DNA from: Phycisphaerae bacterium
GTDB taxonomy: Bacteria > Planctomycetota > Phycisphaerae > UBA1845
Direction: 5' to 3'
Length of the DNA stretch: 64,000 nt
Assembly: GCA_963666835.2 (NCBI GenBank)
Contig: CAXXGO010000001.1
Coordinates: 640,001-704,000, forward strand
This document shows positions 9,701 through 16,819 of this stretch, piece after piece; the first letter of the stretch is position 1, and every line of letters starts with the position of its first letter. The notes under the pieces are model-generated. The model made no database searches. It was not told the origin of the DNA and saw only the letters and a program-made list of their open reading frames with translations. Made by a program: the position numbers and the translations under genes.

Positions 9701-11832
9701 AGCGGGCCCCAGCCGGCGATGGCGCCGTCGGCCAGGGATTGGGTCGGGTGGACGACGATCGCGGCGGGGCTGGCCCCGCGTTGTACTCCGAGCCCCTCGC
9801 ACGCCTCGCACCATCCCATGCGGCTATTGAACGAGAAGTGGTGCGGACTGAGTTCTTCGTAGCTGGTTCCGCATTGTTCGCACGAGCAGTGCAGAGAGAA
9901 GCGCTGTTCGGTGGATCCGTTCTCGCCTTCCGTCTCGCCCTTGTCGGATTGGACCAGAGCGAGCAGAAGTCCGTTGCCGATCGAGAGGGCTTGCTCCACG
10001 CTGTCGGTGATTCGCGAAGTCTGCCGACGGCGGACGACGATTCGATCGACCACCAGTTCCACCTGATGGTGCCGCCGCCGGTCGATGGTGATCGGTTCGT
10101 CCAGCCGGTACATTCTCCCGTCGATGCGCGCCCGGGCGAAGCCGTTGGCGTGCTCCCTCTGCAGGAGATGGTCGTATGACTCCTGGCCGGTCGGTTCAAT
10201 GGGTGCCAGCAAGATGACGCGGCGGCCTTCACCGAACGCCAGGATCTTCTCCACAATCTCGTCGCTGGTCTGGGAGCCAATCGGGATTCGGCACTTCGGG
10301 CAATAGGGCTTGCCGAGGCGGGGCCAGAGCACGCGCAGGTAGTCGTAAATCTCCGTAACCGTGCCGACCGTGGAGCGCGGGGACTTGCCCGCGGACTTTT
10401 GTTCGATGCACACGGCCGGGGAGAGGCCTTGGATGTGGTCCACGCGCGGCGGTTGCATGCGACTGAGGAACTGGCGGGCGTAAGCGCTGAGCGACTCGAC
10501 GTAACGCCGTTGCCCTTCGCTGTACACGGTGTCGATGGCGAAGCTGGTCTTGCCGCTGCCGCTGGGTCCGCAGCAGACCGTCATCTTACCCCGCGGGACG
10601 TCGACGGTGATGTCTCTGAGATTGTGCTGCTTCGCGCCGGCGACGGTGACGGCGTTTTGGCCTCGCCGCGCGGGCTTTACTGTGCCGGCTGGTTGACGCT
10701 TTCCGTTGGTGCGCGAGAGTTCGAGAAAGGCGCTCCCGGCCAGGGCGGCACGAAGAACGGCACCGGTAGCAGAGCGTTTGGCTTGAGCGACTTCTTCCGG
10801 AGTGCCCGCGGCCACGATCCGTCCGCCGCCGGCTCCGCCCTCCGGTCCGAGATCGATAACCCAATCGGCGGTCTTGATAACGTCGAGATTGTGCTCGATG
10901 ACCACGACCGAGTTACCGGCGTCGACAAAGCCGTGCAGCACGCTCAGCAGGCGTTTGATGTCGTGAAAGTGCAGGCCGGTGGTCGGTTCGTCGAGCAGAT
11001 ACAACGTGCGGCCCGTAGATCTTTTGACCAGTTCGCGCGCGAGTTTTATCCGCTGGGCCTCGCCGCCGGAGAGGGTGGTGGAGGATTGCCCGAGTTTCAT
11101 GTAATCGAGGCCGACGTCGTGGAGGGTGCGGAGCATGCCCGCGACTTTCGGCACCGGCTCGAAGTGCTCCAAGGCCTGGGGGACGTCCATTTCGAGCACG
11201 TCGGCGATGCTCTTGCCTTTGTAGAGGATCTGCAGCGTTTCGCGATTGAAGCGGCGTCCGTCGCAGACGGGGCAGGTGACCCAGATGTCGGCGAGGAAGT
11301 CCATCTCCATGCGGTTGCTGCCGTTGCCCTCGCAGGCTTCGCACCGGCCGCCGCCGCGCGGGCCGGCGGGCACGTTGAAGCTGAACCGGCCGGGCTTGTA
11401 GCCGCGGACTTTGGAGTCCGGGAGTTTGGCGAAAAGGGTGCGGATCTCGTCGAATACCTTGATATAAGTGGCGGGGTTGGAGCGCGGCGTACGGCCGATG
11501 GGTGACTGGTCGATGTCGATGACTTTGTCGAGGTGTTCGATACCCTCGATGCGTTCGTGGTCGCCCGGGTTAACTTTCGTGGCGCCGTTTAGATCACGGG
11601 CGAGCGTCTCGCGGACGATGTCGTTGACGAGTGAGCTCTTGCCGGATCCTGACACTCCCGTGACACAAACGAAGCGGCCCAATGGGAAGTCGACGGTGAT
11701 ATCGCGTAGGTTGTTCTGCCTCGCTCCGACCACCGTGAGCCAGTCGACCTCGCCGTTATGTTGGTCTTGTGTTGGCGGCGGCGCTTTGCGACGCGATGGA
11801 GCTTCGCGATGTTGTCTCTTCTTCCCTTTCAT
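6763..11832 (-). CDS. uvrA: Excinuclease ABC subunit A, extended form (three ABC NBDs plus a C-terminal extension)
   Basis: Three Walker A motifs (GVSGSGKSS, GPSGSGKTS, GVSGSGKST), three LSGGE signatures, CxxC zinc fingers, GARQNNL/GAKQHNL/GARANNL. Confidence 0.93.
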   Translation of the reverse strand: MKGKKRQHREAPSRRKAPPPTQDQHNGEVDWLTVVGARQNNLRDITVDFPLGRFVCVTGVSGSGKSSLVNDIVRETLARDLNGATKVNPGDHERIEGIEHLDKVIDIDQSPIGRTPRSNPATYIKVFDEIRTLFAKLPDSKVRGYKPGRFSFNVPAGPRGGGRCEACEGNGSNRMEMDFLADIWVTCPVCDGRRFNRETLQILYKGKSIADVLEMDVPQALEHFEPVPKVAGMLRTLHDVGLDYMKLGQSSTTLSGGEAQRIKLARELVKRSTGRTLYLLDEPTTGLHFHDIKRLLSVLHGFVDAGNSVVVIEHNLDVIKTADWVIDLGPEGGAGGGRIVAAGTPEEVAQAKRSATGAVLRAALAGSAFLELSRTNGKRQPAGTVKPARRGQNAVTVAGAKQHNLRDITVDVPRGKMTVCCGPSGSGKTSFAIDTVYSEGQRRYVESLSAYARQFLSRMQPPRVDHIQGLSPAVCIEQKSAGKSPRSTVGTVTEIYDYLRVLWPRLGKPYCPKCRIPIGSQTSDEIVEKILAFGEGRRVILLAPIEPTGQESYDHLLQREHANGFARARIDGRMYRLDEPITIDRRRHHQVELVVDRIVVRRRQTSRITDSVEQALSIGNGLLLALVQSDKGETEGENGSTEQRFSLHCSCEQCGTSYEELSPHHFSFNSRMGWCEACEGLGVQRGASPAAIVVHPTQSLADGAIAGWGPLAPGSKLCAIASALAAHFGFDIATPWNELSETQQLSFLHGGDDDWIEIAPSNKKRRKAGSASGLRFRWHGFFPAINRATRSSWQYRKRLEELVTEVPCDACRGGRLRPDAAAVRVNGATIHEVCLWPLGKTLAWFDNLKPDARGRRIAGELLHEITSRLRFLVDVGLDYVSLHRTASTLSGGESQRIQLASQIGTGLTGVLYVLDEPTIGLHPRDNGRLIEALRRLRDLGNTLLVVEHDRDVIDSADHVLDFGPGAGAFGGEVTAAAAPQRIRTKRASLTGQYLSGKQAIPVPTNRRLVDESYNKWLTVHGARANNLKEIDVAFPLSRFTCVTGVSGSGKSTLVTEILHRALAARIHRARVVPGGHERITGVEHVDKVINADQSPIGNSPTSNPATYTGLFDAVRELFAKLPLSRVRGYSANRFSFNRPGGRCEACEGMGRRCIEMHFLPDVWIECENCKGTRYVPETLEVGYRGKSIADVLGMRVSEALGLFDSVPKVRRMLQTLDDVGLGYVQLGQPAPTLSGGEAQRVKLAAELGRPSTGKTLYILDEPTTGLHFDDLKKLLVVLHRLVDLGNSCVCIEHNLDVIKTADWVIDLGPEASDAGGTVVSSGPPEILTRTAESHTGAALKPVLQAGPREEREVFDRAKQMDMEATLAGPIDLGGDVQMPWDSDGQAWHTVDHVDHQGVPVEWDPQLIVWLVETMESVGSFAPADWNHRSRIELKAPGQKSWFCHILTGSKDLIEVALRVAEDTFTGPDLRRRLKVKTLDQRSDLPIYGQWNRVRLRSPDTGWQEVRLFLRDFVDVDKRTFRTFLKDAAGAYAEQIREAEEAPEKIAPWKTLGQDWHLSQKSIHKRHVVRWQPALLMAMVGRLKSLEPNLSFTWSLRTAGRFTVPGEKNSAGKIVTNMGRGLRLEFRVPRNTVTPAQIDRLGEDPEIRRHRDHDRVRFWLRSLPQNDPKQLRELWRTCRALDLDGSTQPT

Positions 11833-11921
11833 GCTCGCGTTAATGGCACTCCATCACGTCCGGTTGTTGGGCACCTCTCGGGTGGGCATGGAGCTTGGCC
11901 ATCCCAGGCTGCGGAAAGCCC

Positions 11922-12359
11922 GTAGGGCAGGTCGAGGTACGAGACCTGCCACAATACTCGCTGCGCCGGGTGGCATGGGCCAACTTGTTGGCCCGTGAGG
12001 TGACACGATATCGACATGTTTTCGCGCGACGGGCAACGTTACGGCAGGTCTCGTTCCTCGACCGTGCCCTACGAAACGTGCTAGCCGGGTGGCATGGGCC
12101 AACTTGTTGGCCCGTGAGGTGGCATGATGTCGACATCTCTTCTCTTCGCGCGACGGGCAACGTTACGGCAGGTCTCGTTCCTCGACCGTGCCCTACGAAA
12201 CGTGCTAGCCGGGTGGCATGGGCCAACTTGTTGGCCCGTGAGGTGGCATGATGTCGACATCTCTTAGCGCGACGGGCGACGTTGCGGCAGGTCTCGTTCC
12301 TCGACCGTGCCCTACGAAACGTGCCGGCTGGGTGGCATGGGCCAACTTGTTGGCCCGTG
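11922..12359. repeat. REP array 2: alternating REP-B(+)/REP-A(-) units with a 119-124 bp period
   Basis: REP-A(+) 11922-11952; REP-B at 11968, 12087, 12211, 12330; REP-A(-) at 12041, 12165, 12284. Confidence 0.93.
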
Positions 12360-12384
12360 GACTGATGTCGATGCCGGTTTCGTT

Positions 12385-13212
12385 TCATCGAACATGCTCC
12401 GATGCCGAACCGGCGCTCATCTCCGACGGCCCGGCCACCATCCGTTCTGCCAGATCGCGAAACGTGGCGATCCCGATCGGCAGACGATTGTCGAGTTTGT
12501 GCAGGATTAGCGAAACCAGGAGCAGCGCAATCCCGGCCGGGATGGCCCCGAAAGCAATGTCCAACCACACGCCGTCTATATACTCGTAACACGTGCAAAG
12601 AGCCAAAGGAGAGACCATACAAGCCAGCATCCCGATCATGCCTGTGAGCATCGTCATTGTTGTAAGTAGCGTCACTTGAAGTTCCGGGATTCGTCCGCCG
12701 GTGATCCAGCGAATCCGAGCCCAGAGCGTCTCGAGCCGCTCGCCGTGAAACCGCTTCCGCAGGCGCGTGCTCGGGGCGAATCGGCGCGTGTCTGGGGCCA
12801 GTTCCCGAGCAACTGCCTCAACTGCCCGAAATGCTCCGACCTGCGCGCATCGGCTTCCCAGGATCGACACCGGTTCGATGGTGACGGTCTCCAGTCGTTC
12901 TGCGATGAACACCGCGAGAGATCGGAACGTGAAGTTGTTCTCGGCGTGCGCTTCCCATCCGGCCGGGGTAAGCGAGGTTCCGAGCAGCTCGTCCCATTCT
13001 GAATCCGCGCAGTGGAAGCCGAAACGCCGCTCGATGCACTCGATGACGTCCGCGAAGTCGATCTCGTCCCAGCAATCAACTGTTCTGAGGACGTTGTCGA
13101 TTCGGTCAGCAGGCAGAAAGGAAACCGGCGCGCCAACGTCTCTCGCGAGTACGTTTTCGACCTCCGCCAGAACGCGAGCTACCAAGTTCTCTGATACTCG
13201 CGGTTCATTCAT
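12385..13212 (-). CDS. Hypothetical membrane protein with an N-terminal acyl-carrier-protein-like domain and two C-terminal TM helices
   Basis: AGAGGA RBS before ATG 13212 (MNEPRV); DEIDFADVIECIERRFG and TFRSLAVFI resemble ACP helices; two hydrophobic segments; ends ATFRDLAERM...EHVR*. Confidence 0.65.
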   Translation of the reverse strand: MNEPRVSENLVARVLAEVENVLARDVGAPVSFLPADRIDNVLRTVDCWDEIDFADVIECIERRFGFHCADSEWDELLGTSLTPAGWEAHAENNFTFRSLAVFIAERLETVTIEPVSILGSRCAQVGAFRAVEAVARELAPDTRRFAPSTRLRKRFHGERLETLWARIRWITGGRIPELQVTLLTTMTMLTGMIGMLACMVSPLALCTCYEYIDGVWLDIAFGAIPAGIALLLVSLILHKLDNRLPIGIATFRDLAERMVAGPSEMSAGSASEHVR

Positions 13213-13288
13213 CGTTCCTCTCCGTACCGGCTCGCGCCGGTTTCGATTCAGTCTTATCCTCTTAGCACGTGCGATGCCCGCCCCCCGG

Positions 13289-13861
13289 TCAGACCCGGGC
13301 CTCATCGCGCAGTTGGCGGAGATCCTCCTCGAGCCCGAGCATCCGGGCCTGTTCGAACAGATAGTCCCAGTCCATGCCCGCACCTTGTACGCGTGCGACC
13401 CCCAAGGCGTTCTCCCATTGCTTGGCGGAACGGGTGTCCTTTCGCCACAACAGCTTCATCAGGATGATATCTTCGGCGGTGACTGTGTAGAAGGCCGGCC
13501 CGTCGGGACCGTACTTGAGCAGCTCGCGCCGCGCTACGATCGAATCGTAGAACGCGCCCGCTTCCAACACCGATAGGTCTACCTTCAGGCCGGAGTCGGT
13601 ATCGATCAGGTTGGCGATGCCGCCGCTCTCGGCGACGTGTTCGAGACGCTCGGCGCTGCGGTAGAACCTCTGAGGAAGCTCCTCGGCGATCTGACGAGCT
13701 TGTGGCACGGTCATACGAAGCACGATGTCCACGTCCTGGCTCTGGAACGGCTCCCCATGTAGCGTGCTGGCCACCGATCCGGTGATGGCGTAGGGTACGG
13801 CCGCCCGGTCGAGCACGTCCACCGTTGCGTGGATTACATCAATCAGGGGATCATCCGGCAT
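13289..13861 (-). CDS. Nucleotidyltransferase-fold protein, MenT-like candidate toxin
   Basis: YAITGSVASTLHGEPFQSQDVDIV (GS...DxD) and TAEDIILMKLLW motifs; overlaps the upstream small gene. Confidence 0.75.
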   Translation of the reverse strand: MPDDPLIDVIHATVDVLDRAAVPYAITGSVASTLHGEPFQSQDVDIVLRMTVPQARQIAEELPQRFYRSAERLEHVAESGGIANLIDTDSGLKVDLSVLEAGAFYDSIVARRELLKYGPDGPAFYTVTAEDIILMKLLWRKDTRSAKQWENALGVARVQGAGMDWDYLFEQARMLGLEEDLRQLRDEARV

Positions 13862-14078
13862 GTTCAGACTCCGCGTCTTGCTGCGCTTTCTTGATTCGCA
13901 CCATCGTGGCGGTCATTCGGCGAAGGAGCATCATGTTCGCCAGCGGTCCACGGGCTTGGGCGAGGTGGATCTGCATCATCCGATCGCGTTCCTGCGGTGT
14001 CATGGCGCGCAGGTACTCCGCCGTCATGCGCCGCAAGCGCATCGCCCGTTTGATAATGTCAGCGTCCTTCGCAGTCAT
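13851..14078 (-). CDS. Small helical protein, candidate MenA-like antitoxin
   Basis: 75 aa; LRAMTPQER resembles the LRxMxPEER motif of small genes preceding such NTases; 11-bp overlap with the NTase gene. Confidence 0.6.
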   Translation of the reverse strand: MTAKDADIIKRAMRLRRMTAEYLRAMTPQERDRMMQIHLAQARGPLANMMLLRRMTATMVRIKKAQQDAESEHAG

Positions 14079-14133
14079 TGCTTTCGCCTGCCGTGGGAGC
14101 TCCGTACCGGTGTTGCCGACCGGGGCACGGCCC

Positions 14134-14282
14134 GGGTGGCATGGGCCAACTCGTTGGCCCGTGAGGTGCCACGCTGTCGAGAGGTCTTCGCGCGACGGGC
14201 AACGTTGCGGCAGGTCTCGTTCCTCGACCGTGCCCTACAAGACGTGCCGACTGGGTGGCATGGGCCAACTTGTTGGCCCGTG
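14134..14282. repeat. REP array 3 (B-A-B) directly downstream of the RAYT stop
   Basis: REP-B 14134-14163, REP-A(-) 14207-14238, REP-B 14253-14282. Confidence 0.92.
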
Positions 14283-14307
14283 AGATCATGTCGATGCCGG
14301 TCTCGTT

Positions 14308-14765
14308 TCATCGAACACACTCCGTTGGTGGGCAGGCATCCGTTTCCAGCAGGACGTCGTCCAAGCCTGCGTACCACCCGGCGCTTGACCAAGGCCAATC
14401 TGCAGGGCAGGTCGAGGAACGAGGCCTGCCGCAATGCTGCCGGGCTGCGATGAATGTACTCGACAAGAGCCCGCGCCGCATCCGTGTTGGCGAAGTTCCG
14501 ATCGTAACTGCCGCCCTGTTGCCGGAAACGGTGTTCTGTGCGACCCGTGGTTCGGATTACGCTCCGGTGTTCGAGCTAAACTGGATCGTTTTCACTGAGA
14601 TGCCGAATGGTCCGCCAAGGCGCGGACGATTCGACGCTCTTCAGGGTTGCGGCCACTGTGCATCGAGATGAGCGCAGATGCAGCGGGATGTGAACGTGTT
14701 CCGGCATGATGACATACACTCGAAGGTGAAAGCCGTACATGCGTTATGCGCGACCGAGTGCGCTC
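14308..14765 (-). pseudogene. Degenerate REP-associated tyrosine transposase (RAYT / TnpA-REP, HUH Y1 family)
   Basis: Manual translation: ALGRA*RMYGFHLRVYVIMPEHVHI...ENDPV*LEH...EHRFRQQGGSYDRNF...LVEYIHRSP / frameshift / DWPWSSAGWYAG...ECVR*; stops at 14746-14744 and 14578-14576; N-terminus absent. Confidence 0.85.
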
Positions 14766-14979
14766 CGGGTTTCGCGGATCCGAGTTGACATCTCTGCGAG
14801 TTGTTCGGAACATCCGGTCCGATCGGAACGCGGTACGATCTCGGCGGGGTCGTCCGTAGGGGGCGGGGGCACGGCCCGAATCAGGTGGAGCGTTGTTGCC
14901 GGTGGGTGATACGCGCGTCACCTTTCGTTGACGGCACTGCCCGGTTTTGGTGATCAGCCGGGAGACGGAGTGAATCAGA

Positions 14980-15321
14980 GTGGATCAGCCCACGCGCAGT
15001 ATTCCGGAGTGGTTGAGCGAGGGATTCGAGGGCGAACCTACTGACAGCCTGTTGAACAAGCGGGACAACGTCCGCCACGTCTGGGTGTCGTTCGCCTGCG
15101 GTCGAACGGTTGATGACCCCGAGGCCAAGTCCTTCACGGCCAAGACGTTCAACGTCAGCCGGGGTGGCATCGGGATCGTGGTTCGGCAACCGATCGAAGA
15201 GGGGATAACCATCGAGATCGGGCCGGACCAGGGCCTTACCGAGTCAATCCGCGCGAGGGTAATGCACTGCACCCAGACCGTCGGCGGCTATAAGTTGGGT
15301 TGCTTGTTCGTGGACAAATGA
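14980..15321 (+). CDS. PilZ domain protein (c-di-GMP receptor)
   Basis: RxxxR (RDNVR) and NxSxGG (NVSRGG) motifs. Confidence 0.8.
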   Translation: MDQPTRSIPEWLSEGFEGEPTDSLLNKRDNVRHVWVSFACGRTVDDPEAKSFTAKTFNVSRGGIGIVVRQPIEEGITIEIGPDQGLTESIRARVMHCTQTVGGYKLGCLFVDK

Positions 15322-15409
15322 CCTCACATCCGCCCGGCGCAACTCCCGATGATCCGACAATCCTCGCGCTCCGGAACCCGCTCGGAGCCAGGCCCCGCCC
15401 GACGGCCTC

Positions 15410-16564
15410 CTATGCCCGCTCGGCCAGGAAGGCCTGCAGCCGGTCCATACCTTCGTCGATGTTCTCCAGCGAGTTGGCGTACGAGATGCGGATGTAGCCT
15501 TGTCCGCCGGGGCCGAAGTCCACTCCGGGAGTCACGGCCACCCCCGCTTCTTCGAGGATCTGGAAGGCGAATTCGTAGACGTCGGTAGTGAAGCGCCGCA
15601 CGTTGACGAACACATAGAACGCCCCGAGCGGCTCGGTGAGCACTTCCAGGCCCATTCCCTTCAAACGCCGCAAGACCAACCGGCGCCGTTCGTCGTAACA
15701 GCAGCGCATCCGTTCGACGTCCGCGTCTGCCTTCTGCAAGGCGGCAATGGCCGCAAACTGCGGGAAGTCCGGCGGAGAGATGAACAGATTCTGCTGGAGC
15801 TTCTGCACCGGGCGCACCAACCACTCCGGAAGGACGGCGTAACCGAGTCGCCAGCCCGTCATTGCGAACAGTTTAGAGAACCCGTTGATCACCACGGCAT
15901 CAGAGGAGTACTCGAGGACCGAATGAGCCCGTTCGCCATAGACCAGGCCATGGTAGATCTCGTCCGATACGATCGTGATCCGTTGCTCGGCCAGTTCAAC
16001 CAGTTGCTTAATACGCTGCGGCTCAGTGAGGGTTCCCGTTGGGTTGGCCGGCGAATTTAACATCAAGGCTCGGGTCTTCGGCCCGATGCGGTTGCGGACG
16101 GTCTCAGGGTCGAACTGAAAGCCGTCCTCTTCGCGCACCGGGATCCGAGCGGGGATCCCGCCGAACGCGGAGATGAAATTCGGATAGCAGGCGTAGTGCG
16201 GATCGGTAAGAAGGACCTCCGTGCCCGGATCCAGCAGAGCGGCAAACACCAGTAATATCGCGGCGGAGCTGCCGGTTGCGACCACGATCTGTTCGGGCGA
16301 GACCTCGACCTCGTATTGCCGGGCGTACCAGCCCGAGATCGCCTGACGAAGCTCCGGGTGTCCGAGGGAATGGGTGTAATGAGTCCGACCCGCGCTTAAG
16401 GCTTCGACGGCGGCCTCGCGGGCGACGACCGGCGTGTCGAAGTCGGGCTCACCCACTTCAAGATGGATGATCGACCGACCGGCGCGCTGCAGAGCCGCGG
16501 CTCGTTCCAGCACTTCCATCACCAGAAACGGCGGCATCTGTTCCGCACGTTGACTTATACCCAT
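15410..16564 (-). CDS. PLP-dependent class I/II aminotransferase (aspartate aminotransferase-like)
   Basis: LEVGEPDF, NSPANPTG, SDEIY, GFSKLFAMTGWRLG; start set at MGISQRA. Confidence 0.92.
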   Translation of the reverse strand: MGISQRAEQMPPFLVMEVLERAAALQRAGRSIIHLEVGEPDFDTPVVAREAAVEALSAGRTHYTHSLGHPELRQAISGWYARQYEVEVSPEQIVVATGSSAAILLVFAALLDPGTEVLLTDPHYACYPNFISAFGGIPARIPVREEDGFQFDPETVRNRIGPKTRALMLNSPANPTGTLTEPQRIKQLVELAEQRITIVSDEIYHGLVYGERAHSVLEYSSDAVVINGFSKLFAMTGWRLGYAVLPEWLVRPVQKLQQNLFISPPDFPQFAAIAALQKADADVERMRCCYDERRRLVLRRLKGMGLEVLTEPLGAFYVFVNVRRFTTDVYEFAFQILEEAGVAVTPGVDFGPGGQGYIRISYANSLENIDEGMDRLQAFLAERA

Positions 16565-16819
16565 GATGTCAAACTTCCTGACGGTCCGTCGAAAAAGCGT
16601 GCAGGCACGTCGCGCCGGGCGTTTCTCGATTCCGTGGGTGGGAATCGGCTCGGTGCCGGTCCCCGTCTTCCCCGCACTGCTCAAGAGCAGTAGCACACCA
16701 GAAGACCCAGGTGGCACGCGGCACCGGGTGCGGTTCCCAACTGACGCCATGGACAATTCAGCCAGGAATAATCGGGGAAGTCAAGGGCGGCACGTTCCGG
16801 AGCGGGCGGCGTCCGGGCC

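Noticed and set aside
11922..12359. Possible CRISPR array or integron attC array
   Set aside because: Linkers are repeated copies and no integron integrase is present. GTAG/GTGG-led hairpins next to a RAYT remnant fit REPs better.
11829..12622. ORFs across REP array 2
   Set aside because: Repeat-derived open frames on both strands.
13213..13383. N-terminal extension of ORF 12385..13383
   Set aside because: It overlaps the NTase gene, and a good RBS supports the start at 13212.
16565..16756. N-terminal extension of the aminotransferase ORF
   Set aside because: Family similarity begins at MGISQRA; the extension is likely intergenic sequence.
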